64,000 bases of DNA. Source: Dehalococcoidia bacterium. GTDB taxonomy: Bacteria; Chloroflexota; Dehalococcoidia; Lucifugimonadales; JADFKI01. The stretch is taken from NCBI GenBank assembly GCA_965242555.1, contig CBDESO010000005.1, positions 2,579 to 66,578 of the forward strand, in the 5' to 3' direction. The notes beneath the pieces are model-generated. The model did no database searches, was not told where the DNA came from, and saw only the letters and a program-made list of their open reading frames with translations. This document shows, in pieces, positions 49,809-59,630 of the stretch. Position 1 is the first letter of the stretch; each line of letters opens with the position of its first letter. The translations under genes and the position numbers were made by a program.

Positions 49809-50864
49809 CTACTGGCGATTAGGAGCCGGGGTTGGAACGCTGAACGGGGTAGCGCCGCTGACGCCGTTGGTCGCTTCGGTCAGCGGCAACAGCTGCAGCA
49901 GATTGCCGCCGTTCTCCGAATCCACGATGAACTTGGTTACGCCGGGCAGTATCTCTTCCATAGCCTCGAGGTATAGGCGCTGGCGGGTGACGTCGGGCGC
50001 TTTGCGATACTCGCGCAGCACGGCGAGGAATCGATTGGCTTGCCCCGTCGCCTCCGCCACGCGCGTCTCTTTGAACGCCTGCGCCGACTCCATCCTTCGC
50101 GCCGCCTCGCCCCGCGCCAGCGGTATCTGCTCTTCGCTGTACGCCTCCGCCAAGTTGATGATGCGGTCCTTGTCCTCCCGCGCGCGCACAACATCGTCAA
50201 AGGCGTCCTGCACCTGCTCCGGCGGGCGCACGTTAAGCAGTTTCACTTCGGTTACGTTTATGCCCGTCTGATACAGGTCAAGCAGCGCCTGCAGCTTCAG
50301 TTCGGTATCCGCCTGCACCGCCTCTTTCTCAATGGTCAGCACGTCGTCTATCGCGCGCTCGCCCACCACCTGCCTCAGCGATGTTTCGGCGGCGTCCTTG
50401 ATGGTGATGCCCGCCGGATCCACCGCCTTGAACAGAAAATCGCGCGAGTTTTTGATGTTGTACTGCACTAGCAGCTGAACATCCACGATATTCTGGTCGC
50501 CGGTGATCATATTCGCCTCCACCGGCACCGGCGCGCTGCCCCGCACGCCGATCTCCAGCGCCCGCACTTCATCCACCCTCAGCACATTGCGGTTGCCTAT
50601 CGGCGAGGGCCAATACCAGTTCAGCCCCGGCCCCTCAGTCCCTGAGTAGCGCCCCAATTGCCGCAGCACCGCCTCTTCGCCCGGCTGCACGGTATAGAAC
50701 CCTGATCCCACCCAAAACACCACCGCCACGCCGAACAGCCCGAATATGAAATAGGCTATCCCGTTGCCGCCGCCGCCCTCTCCCCCGCCCTTGAACGGGT
50801 TGAAAGAGCGTATCTTCTCTAATATCTGTTCCAGATTCACTTCCGGTTCGTCTTGGCGATACAT
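49809..50864 (-). CDS. hflK: FtsH protease modulator HflK
   Basis: SGFYTV, MITGDQNIVDV, RPPEQVQDAFDD, PLARGEA, APDVTRQRLYLE. Confidence 0.94.
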   Translation of the reverse strand: MYRQDEPEVNLEQILEKIRSFNPFKGGGEGGGGNGIAYFIFGLFGVAVVFWVGSGFYTVQPGEEAVLRQLGRYSGTEGPGLNWYWPSPIGNRNVLRVDEVRALEIGVRGSAPVPVEANMITGDQNIVDVQLLVQYNIKNSRDFLFKAVDPAGITIKDAAETSLRQVVGERAIDDVLTIEKEAVQADTELKLQALLDLYQTGINVTEVKLLNVRPPEQVQDAFDDVVRAREDKDRIINLAEAYSEEQIPLARGEAARRMESAQAFKETRVAEATGQANRFLAVLREYRKAPDVTRQRLYLEAMEEILPGVTKFIVDSENGGNLLQLLPLTEATNGVSGATPFSVPTPAPNRQ

Positions 50865-50966
50865 ATCCACTCGCTTTTGAGCTTTGATGCCGAGTATCCG
50901 ATTACTAGGGATTTTAGCACACTTTGGGGTTCTGTGCGCCAATCTGTGGCTAATATCCGGTTTTGC

Positions 50967-52223
50967 TTACTCTAACGCCGCGCTTTCTAGTTCGGTTAGC
51001 ATAGCCAGGAACTGCTCGTAATCCGAAATTTGCGCCACTCGCGCAATAAAATCGCCCAGGTCCGGCACAAGCTCGCGCATCCGACGCACCTGCCCCCCTA
51101 TCGGGCTTGAAGACGCGGGCAGATCCGCGTACGTCCCATAAAACGCGAAATACGCCTGATTAAGCTTGCGTATGGGATAGCCGTTTGCCACAAACAGCAA
51201 CCGCCGCTCTTCCATATACGCCTCCGCCCCCTCAACATCGCCCTCAGCGAGCAGCGTATCTACCCGCAACCGCGTACTTTGCATCTCGCCCTGAAAGTCA
51301 AACGGCGGCGGCGCGCCGCTATTCGCAGCCCGGCTCGCTTGCCCCGCGCCAATCGCCGCCAACGGAATTTCCCCCCCAAGCAGCGCAAACGCCCGATCCC
51401 CCAACTCAGCGCCCGCTACATTCGCTATCGTTTCGTTAAGCGTAACCATATCCCCATTGTTGAACATATTCTGCCCCAGCGGCCTAAAAAAGAAGTAGTG
51501 ATGCAGCCATTCGTGCGCCGCCGCCTCAAAAGTCCAGCGCATAGGCTGCGTTGTGGGAATGGACGCCGGATAAGTCGCAAGCCCGCCTATGTCCTCCACC
51601 AGCGCCGACAGGTTGGCGTCCCTCAGCAGGCTTGCCTCCAGCGCCTCGCGCTGCCCCAGCGTAACGTCGGATCTCAGCAAAACGTCGTGCGTTCTGCGAA
51701 TGGCGTCGCGCGGCGATGTCACCAGCAGCTTAGGTGGTTCGTTAAGCCGAATATCCACCGGCGGGAATATGAACTCCCCCAGCGTTGCCAATCCCTCCTC
51801 CGCCAGCGCCGCGCTGATTGCCGCCTCAATCGCCTCCTCCACATCGTCGGCGAGCGCCCGCCGCGGCGCCTCAGCCGCCTCAAGCCGCGCCTGCAGCTCC
51901 GCCGTCCGCGCAGAACTGCCCTCAGCCGCCATAAGCCTCAGCCGGTATCGCAGCCGCGCCGACTCGCCCCCCATATCAAAGTAGCGCCGCACCAGCTCGC
52001 CCTTGCGTGCCGGCGCCGCCCCGCCCGGCAAAATTTCCCCCGCGCGATTGACCCACTTGCTCAGAAAGTTGTTAAACTCCCACTGCGCGATGTCATACAG
52101 ATAAGCCTGCGCCGCCCGCTCCGCCGGATTAAACTGCCGCGCCCCCGACTGCAGCGACAATATCAGCAGCCCAACCAGCCCGACAATCGCGCCCTTGCGT
52201 ACTCTTCTAAGCAAAGCCTTCAT
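50967..52223 (-). CDS. exported HExxH zinc-peptidase-like protein
   Basis: N-terminal hydrophobic segment; AAHEWLHH plus downstream NET.A gluzincin-type ligand; LNQAYFA.YGTY. Confidence 0.65.
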   Translation of the reverse strand: MKALLRRVRKGAIVGLVGLLILSLQSGARQFNPAERAAQAYLYDIAQWEFNNFLSKWVNRAGEILPGGAAPARKGELVRRYFDMGGESARLRYRLRLMAAEGSSARTAELQARLEAAEAPRRALADDVEEAIEAAISAALAEEGLATLGEFIFPPVDIRLNEPPKLLVTSPRDAIRRTHDVLLRSDVTLGQREALEASLLRDANLSALVEDIGGLATYPASIPTTQPMRWTFEAAAHEWLHHYFFFRPLGQNMFNNGDMVTLNETIANVAGAELGDRAFALLGGEIPLAAIGAGQASRAANSGAPPPFDFQGEMQSTRLRVDTLLAEGDVEGAEAYMEERRLLFVANGYPIRKLNQAYFAFYGTYADLPASSSPIGGQVRRMRELVPDLGDFIARVAQISDYEQFLAMLTELESAALE

Positions 52224-52466
52224 AAACCCCGTCGGAATTCCCCGTCAGTTCGCGCCCTTTTCGCGCTACACCCGCTATACTATTGTAACGCCCAACGCGC
52301 CACAACAACGACACGCGCTTATCGCCCGATGCGGCTATCGTCTATCCTATTAGAGGATGCGATGGCGGGGCAGATGATTGACAACTCATATCCGAAAGAT
52401 TGCGATCGCTAATCGCTAATTGCCGTTAGCCTATTAGCCCCATTAGATACCAAAGGAGACGTCACA

Positions 52467-53474
52467 TTGAAACTAGGATTGTGCATCGTAGGCTGCGGCG
52501 GCTACGCGGACACCGTGATGACCGACGTCCACGCCGTCCCCGAGATCCGCCGCGAGTTTGACTTCTATTTCGCAAGCCGCGACCTGCGAAAGGCGCGCGA
52601 CTACCGCCAACGGTTCGGCGGCGCGGACTACTTCGGCGGCTACGAAGAGGCGCTCGCCGACCCGCGCGTTGACGCCGCGTACTTCTTCACCCCGCACGAC
52701 GTCCACCTTGAAAACGCCCAACTCGCCGCCCGCCATTCCAAGCCTATGCTTGTGGAAAAGCCAATCGCGCGGACGCTGCCGGAGGCGCAGGCGCTCATCC
52801 AAACCGCCCGCAACGCCGGCGCAACCCTGATGGTCGCCGAAAACTACCGCTTTCTGCAAACCGCCCTGCGCTGCAAGTCTATGATAGAGCGCGGCAACAT
52901 CGGCGATCCCCGCCTCATCAGCATCCGCGCCGAGGGCTATCGCGTCCCCGCCGCCTGGCGCAACGACGCCAAGCTCACCGGCGGCGGCAGTTTCATCGAC
53001 GGCGGCATACACTTCGTTGACCTTATGCTGCATCTCGGCGGATTCCCTAATCAAATCTACGCCGCCTATCCCCCCAAAGTTCACCGCAGCTCCGAGGGCG
53101 AGGACGGCATAGTGATGATGGCGAACCTGCCCGGCGGCTGCTTGGGCGTCATCAACTTCTCCCGCGCCACATCCCTAAGGCGCCAGCGCGTCAGCGTGGA
53201 AGTCAGCGGCAACGACGGCTACATAGAATTCGAGCCATACGGCGGCGCTATTGACTACGAAGACACTAAGGTCAGGCGAACCGTCCGCCTGCCCTCGGCC
53301 GGACGCGGCTTGCGCGAGATGCTGCTCGAGTTCAAAGCCGCCGTCCGCGACCGCCGCGACCCGCTTATGAGCGGCGAAGAGGCCACAAGAGACCTCGCCA
53401 TAGTCCTAGCGGCATACCAATCCGCCAATGAGCGCCGGCATATCACGCCCTCAGATCCATACCCGCCCGCCTAG
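52467..53474 (+). CDS. Gfo/Idh/MocA family oxidoreductase
   Basis: IVGCG, TPH..H, VEKP, GGG..IDGGIH..D; AAGGAG SD before TTG. Confidence 0.92.
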   Translation: MKLGLCIVGCGGYADTVMTDVHAVPEIRREFDFYFASRDLRKARDYRQRFGGADYFGGYEEALADPRVDAAYFFTPHDVHLENAQLAARHSKPMLVEKPIARTLPEAQALIQTARNAGATLMVAENYRFLQTALRCKSMIERGNIGDPRLISIRAEGYRVPAAWRNDAKLTGGGSFIDGGIHFVDLMLHLGGFPNQIYAAYPPKVHRSSEGEDGIVMMANLPGGCLGVINFSRATSLRRQRVSVEVSGNDGYIEFEPYGGAIDYEDTKVRRTVRLPSAGRGLREMLLEFKAAVRDRRDPLMSGEEATRDLAIVLAAYQSANERRHITPSDPYPPA

Positions 53475-53504
53475 CCGCGCCTTGCAACCCGCATAGCCGC
53501 CCGC

Positions 53505-54218
53505 CTACAGCAGCCCACGCCGGAACAGCGCCAGAAACCTGTCTTCATAAAAGTCAAACAAGCCCCAGCGGTCAAGTTCGCGCTTGAGTATGTCCGGGCT
53601 GCCCGCCGAGCGCTCCACCTCGCGGAACATCGCCTCTATGCGCTCAGTCGCCGCGCGCGGGATGCCGTTCATCGCCGGCTGCGGCTCCAGCATGCGGCTG
53701 GACTGCAGATCCTTCACATTCTGCGCCGCCGACGCCGACGTGAACTCATAGATGAACTTCAGCAGCGCCACATCCCAGTACTCGTCCACGCTCACCATCA
53801 CCACCGCCAGCCGCTGGTCGCGCGCGTCAAGGTCGTCGCTGATGCGATGCGCTATCTCGTCCGGCTCGCCGCTCAGGAAGTCCATCCCCTCAGGCTCGTT
53901 GCGATACTGATACAGGATGCCCGGCGCGTTTGGCCCATGCTTGCGCGTAATCCGGTCAAAATACTCATACGCCTCATCGCTGAACCCGTCCAGGCTCATC
54001 GCGTAAAACGGCGTAACCACCGCCGGCTTTTCGGCCACCACCTGCCCCGTCCGCACAACCCCCTCGCGCTTGCCCGGCACGACGTCCTGGTATATCGGCT
54101 CAGTAACCACATAGTACGCTATGTTGGTATTGCCGAAAGTGGCGAGATGCTGCTTAGGAAAGCGCACAATCCAAGTCTTGTTAATCGCGCGCTGCCAATC
54201 GCCTTGATTTTCAATCAT
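53505..54218 (-). CDS. hypothetical protein
   Basis: 237-aa ORF with host-like codon usage and GGAG SD; no motif I can assign. Confidence 0.75.
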   Translation of the reverse strand: MIENQGDWQRAINKTWIVRFPKQHLATFGNTNIAYYVVTEPIYQDVVPGKREGVVRTGQVVAEKPAVVTPFYAMSLDGFSDEAYEYFDRITRKHGPNAPGILYQYRNEPEGMDFLSGEPDEIAHRISDDLDARDQRLAVVMVSVDEYWDVALLKFIYEFTSASAAQNVKDLQSSRMLEPQPAMNGIPRAATERIEAMFREVERSAGSPDILKRELDRWGLFDFYEDRFLALFRRGLL

Positions 54219-54251
54219 ATTGCCGCTCCAAACGGAGTTGTGCGGGGGGTA

Positions 54252-54317
54252 GTTATACGGAGTTGATTATACGGGGTTAGTTGTTATGGGTTGATTATGT
54301 TGATTATACGGGGTTAG
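54252..54317. repeat. degenerate intergenic repeat (GTTGATTATACGGGGTTAG x2 plus partial copies)
   Basis: Exact 19-mers at 54262-54280 and 54299-54317 with GTTAT/GATTAT partials around them. Confidence 0.7.
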
Positions 54318-54347
54318 CCATTAGCGGATTGCGCCCATTGCCGCCGC

Positions 54348-55907
54348 CTACCGCTTGACGCGCCGCCGCCCCCACAGCGCCGCAACCCCAATCAGCAGCG
54401 CCGCCGCCGACATCTCGGCTATGCCGCCCTCCCCTTGCCGACTGAGCGGCGCGTTGCAGCCGCCCCCGCTTGCCGCCGGCGTTTCGGTTTCGGTGGATTC
54501 GGCCGCCGCGCTTGTGTCGGCCGGCGCAGACGCCGTAGGCTGCGTCTGAGCTCGCCCCGCCGCCTGATGCGCCGTCGTGGGCGCGATAGTAGGCATAGTG
54601 GTTGGCGCGGGTGTAGGTGGCATAGGCGCGGCAGTGGCCGGCGCGGGCGTAGCGGTTGCCGCAACCGCCTGCTCCGGCGCCGCCGTCGGCTGAGCCCCCC
54701 CGGACCTCAGCGCGTCTATTGACATCAGCCCTATCGCCGGCGCCGGCGCGGCGGTCGGCAGCGCCGACGCCTCGCTTGGCGCTTGCCGGTGAGACACGCC
54801 CAGCTCATCCCGCCACAAATTCTCCAGCTCAACCAGGCCCACGCCGTACACCTCCGGCACCGCGTTGCGGATGTTCATGCCGCCTTTAAGCGTAGCCATC
54901 AGCTCGCGCATCTTCTCTTCGCCGTACTCATCCACCATAAACCGCACGATGCTGCGCGCCTGCCCGTAAAAGATAATCACATCTTCGGGATTGCCCGGCT
55001 GGCTTGTCATAGCCGTGATTGGCAGCAGGTTGTCGGTGGCTATCGCATACCGCAGCGCGTATGTGTAAGACTCGCCCGGATCGATGTTGCCGTACTCCGC
55101 CAGCCCTTCGTTAAGCCAGCTGGGAACGCTGCCAAGCACGCCCTCGCCCGCCCTGAAAACGAGTATGTGCGTAACCTCATGCGCCGCCACGCCCCTCGCC
55201 CGCTGAGCGCCGCCAAGCACGAGCAGCACGCCATCCTCCGAGTGCGCCTGCCCCTCCGTAACCAGTTCGCGGCGCAATGTGGCGCTGCTTGGCGGCAGCG
55301 CCGGGCGCATCTCAGGCCAATTATTGTACATCGTAACGCTGATTGGCTCGTCAACCCCCGCGCCCAGCAGCGGCCCCATAATCCCCAGCGTCTCTTGGAT
55401 GGCGTCCAAAATCGCCTCCGCCCGCGACTGCACCGGCCCATGATACCACACCGTTATCACCCCGTCCGAAACCTGGTCCCACTCAAACCGCCCGTCCTGA
55501 TACACGAACTCCTGCTGTTCGGTAGCCAGTTGGTTGCCGTCCTCGTCCGCGATCTCAAAGAAATACTTGACGATAGTCCCCGGCGGGATGTATCGCGCCG
55601 CGGTGTCAGTGCGAAACAGCAGCGATGCGTCCGTCCTGCCGTTGGACGACGTCGGCTCCAGATCCATATATTCGTACTCGCCGAACGTGCGCTGCCCGAT
55701 CCGCAGCCGAACCGCGATCTCTTCTATGCGCTCGCTCGACTGCGCCCGCAGCTCAAAGCGTATCCCCTCCGGGAACTCCCCCGTGGCGCTGCTCGAAAGC
55801 ACTTCTATATCGCCCGTGTTAGCCGCCGCCGCCTGCGCGAGCGCCAGCCACGCGCCCGCCGCGATAAGCAGCGCAACAACGGCGGCGTAGCGGATGCGAA
55901 TGTTCAA
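54348..55907 (-). CDS. exported peptidase MA-clan metallopeptidase with Pro/Ala/Thr linker and C-terminal anchor
   Basis: Signal peptide ending AAA; HEVTH and P.WLNEGLAEY; ends SGGGC...hydrophobic helix...RRRVKR; TTG start 55907. Confidence 0.85.
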   Translation of the reverse strand: MNIRIRYAAVVALLIAAGAWLALAQAAAANTGDIEVLSSSATGEFPEGIRFELRAQSSERIEEIAVRLRIGQRTFGEYEYMDLEPTSSNGRTDASLLFRTDTAARYIPPGTIVKYFFEIADEDGNQLATEQQEFVYQDGRFEWDQVSDGVITVWYHGPVQSRAEAILDAIQETLGIMGPLLGAGVDEPISVTMYNNWPEMRPALPPSSATLRRELVTEGQAHSEDGVLLVLGGAQRARGVAAHEVTHILVFRAGEGVLGSVPSWLNEGLAEYGNIDPGESYTYALRYAIATDNLLPITAMTSQPGNPEDVIIFYGQARSIVRFMVDEYGEEKMRELMATLKGGMNIRNAVPEVYGVGLVELENLWRDELGVSHRQAPSEASALPTAAPAPAIGLMSIDALRSGGAQPTAAPEQAVAATATPAPATAAPMPPTPAPTTMPTIAPTTAHQAAGRAQTQPTASAPADTSAAAESTETETPAASGGGCNAPLSRQGEGGIAEMSAAALLIGVAALWGRRRVKR

Positions 55908-56162
55908 ATCGGTTGCCCCCCGGAATGGCTTGTGAGTAGATTGAAAGTAGATTGGGAATATCTTGAGCGTAGATTTCAAGCGAGTATGCGCTATCGGATG
56001 CTTGCTAGACGCTTATCGCTTGTTACAGATAGCAACGGCTTTGCGCGGCGAAAGTTAGCCTAGCGCGTCCGATTGCGTCCGCCGCCGCGAACAAAGCGCA
56101 AGCGTATCCCATCCATTGTAGCGCGCGCGCCCGCCGATTTGTAGCGCGGCGCTCGCCCGCCA

Positions 56163-56765
56163 TCAATCCGCCCGCTTCAGCGACCGCCATGTATGAAACA
56201 GCCGCTGCGCCGTCGTCAGTATCGTCAGCGCCGCGATCGCCCCCAAAACCGCCAACACCACATTCGGCAGCCAATGCCCTATAATCAGCCCGAACCCCAG
56301 CGCCGCCACGCGCTCCGGCCGCGTCATTATGCCCACCTTGCACTCTATCCCCAACCCCTCCGAGCGCGCCCGCAGGTAGCTCACCATAATAGACCCGCCC
56401 GCCGCGAGATACACCAGTACGCTGCCCTCCACCGACCCGTTGCGCGTATAAAACAGCAGCAGCCCCAGCAAAACCACTATCTCAGACACGCGGTCTATCA
56501 CCGAATCCAGCAGCGCCCCGAAATCCGAATCCTGCCCCGTAGCCCGCGCCAGCGCCCCGTCAAACAGATCCAGTATCCCCGCCAGCAGCATAACCACGCC
56601 GCCCGCCCAAAACAAGCCCTCGCTTATCAGATACGCGCTAATGCCGGCGCCAGCCAGCCCGGCGAATGTAACCGCGTTTGGCGACACTCCAAGCCGCGCC
56701 AGCCCCCTTGCCACCGGCAGTTCAACATAGGCGTTAATCGCTTGCCTGACGGATGCCCTGTTCAT
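56163..56765 (-). CDS. CDP-alcohol phosphatidyltransferase, probable phosphatidylinositol-phosphate synthase
   Basis: SPNAVT, DLFDGALAR...S.FGALLDSVIDR, SYLRARSE, RPER; clustered with ino1. Confidence 0.88.
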   Translation of the reverse strand: MNRASVRQAINAYVELPVARGLARLGVSPNAVTFAGLAGAGISAYLISEGLFWAGGVVMLLAGILDLFDGALARATGQDSDFGALLDSVIDRVSEIVVLLGLLLFYTRNGSVEGSVLVYLAAGGSIMVSYLRARSEGLGIECKVGIMTRPERVAALGFGLIIGHWLPNVVLAVLGAIAALTILTTAQRLFHTWRSLKRAD

Positions 56766-56773
56766 ACCGCCGC

Positions 56774-57949
56774 CTACCGCCGCGAACCGCTGATCTGCCG
56801 CAAGCTCGCGCGCGCCGCGTAGCCGGACTCCTCATAATAGTCCATCACCTTGCCCGCAAGCCGCTCCCAGCGATAATTCTGCACTAGCCGCATCCCGTTG
56901 GCGGACAGCCGGCTCGCCAGCGGCGCGCTTGTCAGGACGCGCCCTATCGCCGCCGCCAGCGCCTCATCGTCTTTGGGCGGCACAAGCAGCCCCTCCCGCT
57001 CATGCGTGATGACGCTTGAGTAGCCCTCTATGTTGCTTGCCACAATCGGCGTCCCCGCCGCCATCGCCTCCAGCAGCACTATCCCAAAACTCTCTTTGCC
57101 CGTCGCCGGCGAGCAATATATGTCCGCCGTCTTGTAGTAGCGAAACTTGTCCTCGTCCGAAACCCTGCCCAGAAACACAACATCCTGATCCTGCAGATTG
57201 CGCTCGCTGATAATCCGCAGCGAATCCGCGTCCGGCTTGCCCGGCCCAACCACCAGCAGCCGCAGCTGCGGCCAATCCCACTTCAGCTTGCTGAACGCGC
57301 TCAGCAGATGTTTCAACCCCTTGCGCTTTTCCAGCCTGCCCACGAACAGCAGGTTTATCATCCCGTCGCTCTTCAGGCTTGCGAATGGCTTTGCGTTGGC
57401 GAAATCGTCAACCTGTATCCCGTTGGGAATAATCTCATACCGCCCCGGGAACTGTCGGCTGATAAACCTGTGCGCCGGCTTAGACACCGCGATGCGCCCC
57501 TGCAGCATCCGAAAATACGGCATTGCCAGATGCTTAGCCCCAATCTTGTACAGCCGCGTCCCCTCATACGTATGAAACGTCCCCACCGCCGTGGACAACG
57601 CCGGATCCACCAGCCGCAGTATGTCTTTGCTGATAAGCCCCGCGAATGGCTCGTGGAAATGCACGACATCAAACGCCTCGCGCTCCAGCATCTGCTTTAT
57701 CTGCGGCTTGAGCCACACCGAAAACGACACCCGCGCGATAGAGCCGCCGCTTGGGATAGGAACCGGCTTGCCCAGCGGAATGAAATGCTCATCGTCCACG
57801 CTGTCCGGCGATTTGCAGGGCGCGATTATCTTGACGCTATGCCCCCATGCCCTAAACTGCGTGGCGAGGCTGTTGATGTGGTCGGCGACGCCGCCGTGAA
57901 AGGCGTGGTCATATGGCGACACTAACGCTATTTTGCGGTGACCGTCCAT
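56774..57949 (-). CDS. GT4 glycosyltransferase, PimA-like phosphatidylinositol mannosyltransferase
   Basis: VSPYD...GGV, G.PVPIP.GGSIAR, HFHEP, RIAVS, GRLEKRKG, ESFGIVLLEAMAAG match PimA motifs. Confidence 0.8.
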   Translation of the reverse strand: MDGHRKIALVSPYDHAFHGGVADHINSLATQFRAWGHSVKIIAPCKSPDSVDDEHFIPLGKPVPIPSGGSIARVSFSVWLKPQIKQMLEREAFDVVHFHEPFAGLISKDILRLVDPALSTAVGTFHTYEGTRLYKIGAKHLAMPYFRMLQGRIAVSKPAHRFISRQFPGRYEIIPNGIQVDDFANAKPFASLKSDGMINLLFVGRLEKRKGLKHLLSAFSKLKWDWPQLRLLVVGPGKPDADSLRIISERNLQDQDVVFLGRVSDEDKFRYYKTADIYCSPATGKESFGIVLLEAMAAGTPIVASNIEGYSSVITHEREGLLVPPKDDEALAAAIGRVLTSAPLASRLSANGMRLVQNYRWERLAGKVMDYYEESGYAARASLRQISGSRR

Positions 57950-58096
57950 AAATCTTTCGCCTTGTCCCTATGATTGACGCGCCGCGGCAACCCCGCTATC
58001 CATATCTGCGCTTATGCCGCATCCTACGCCTTGCGCCGCAACGCAACCCGCGCCGCCGTCCGCCGGCCCGCGTTCAACCCAGCGAAAGCGGCTCGG

Positions 58097-59192
58097 CTAC
58101 TCTTCGTTCACGTATTCCTTGCCCACGATGAAGTCTTCCAGCTTTTGCCGCGCCTCATCGTCAGTATATTGCACCGGCGGCGACTTCATAAAGTAGGATG
58201 AGGGCGCGAGTATCGGCCCCCCTATCCCCCTGTCTTTGGCGATCTTCGCGCAGCGTATCGCGTCTATCACCACCCCCGCCGAGTTCGGGCTGTCGTGAAC
58301 CTCCAAGCTTAAGCTCCACATTCAGCGGCACATCCCCGAAACTCGTCCCCTCCAGCCGTATGTACGCCCACTTGCGGTCGCTAAGCCACGGCACATAGTC
58401 GCTAGGCCCTATATGAATGTTATCCCCCGGCAGATCATAGTCCACCTGCGACGTCACCGATCCCGTCTTAGAGATCTTCTTGCTGTACAGCCGCTCCCGC
58501 TCCAGCATATTGAAGAAGTCCGAGTTCCCGCCGAAGTTGAGCTGATAGGTGTTGTTGAGCTGCACGCCCCTGTCCATAAACAGCCGCGTTAGTACGCGGT
58601 GGACGATGGTCGCCCCCACCTGCGACTTGATGTCGTCGCCGATGATGGGCGCGCCCGCCTCCCGGAATCGCCGCTGCCAGTAGTTCCCCTCGCCGCTCGC
58701 TATGAACACCGGGATGCAGTTGATAAACCCGCAGCCCGCCGCCAATACCTGCTCCACATACCACTTGGTAGCCTGCTCCGATCCCACCGGCAGGTAGTTT
58801 ATCACCACATCCACTTCGCGCTCTTTCAGGATGCCCGCGATGTCGTCGGTAGGCCCAGACGCCTTTTGTATGATGTCCGACATATACCTGCCCACGCCGT
58901 CGTGCGTCATCCCGCGCTGCACCGAAACGCCCGTGCGCGGCACATCCTCAAACTTCACCGTATTGTTCGGCTTGGCGAATATCGCCTCCGACAAATCCAT
59001 CCCCACCTTGCCGGCGTCTATGTCAAACGCCGCCACAAAGTTTATATCCCCCACGCCGTACTCGCCCAAAACCGGGTGCATCAGCCCCGGTATCTCCTTG
59101 TCATTCGTGGCGTCCGCGTACTTCGCTACGCCCTGCACTAGAGACGACGCGCAGTTCCCCACGCCAATTATTGCCACATTGATGCTGCCCAA
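58097..59192 (-). CDS. ino1: myo-inositol-1-phosphate synthase, with 1-nt frameshift at about 58304
   Basis: [45 protein letters not shown]; continuation [15 protein letters not shown]...YFMKSPP in next frame; AAGGAG before TTG 59192. Confidence 0.93.
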
Positions 59193-59340
59193 CCTGAGCC
59201 ACTCCTTGCGCGCCGCTGCGCGCTCTGCTATGTATGTTGTTATGTGCGTTGCTTTCGCTGCAATCCGATGAATGCCCGCTAATTCTAGCATCACGCGCCC
59301 GCCCCTGACAAGTTCGCGCCGCCGCAACCGCTTTCAAAAC

Positions 59341-59460
59341 CGCATCATATACGCCATCATATACGCATCGGAACGCCATCATATACGCATTATAAACGCA
59401 TCGGAACGCCATCATATACGCCATCATATACGCATTACAAACGCATCATAAACACATCAC
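59341..59460. repeat. degenerate 10-12-bp minisatellite (CATCATATACGC / CATCGGAACGC units)
   Basis: About ten related units in the ino1 / aminotransferase divergent intergenic region. Confidence 0.8.
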
Positions 59461-59487
59461 AGCCCCTTTCACTCACCCCTTGCACAA

Positions 59488-59516
59488 TTGCCCCCGCGCC
59501 CGCCGCCAAGTATAAT
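59488..59516 (+). promoter_or_regulatory. sigma70 promoter of aminotransferase gene
   Basis: TTGCCC-17 nt-TATAAT. Confidence 0.6.
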
Positions 59517-59630
59517 TCCCGCCATAACAATCCCTATCGCAATTCCTAACGCCGCCCATACCGGCATCCCTATCCCCATTCATATCGCCGCCTATATCGC
59601 TATCCCCAAGCATCAACAAGGAGCATCCCA

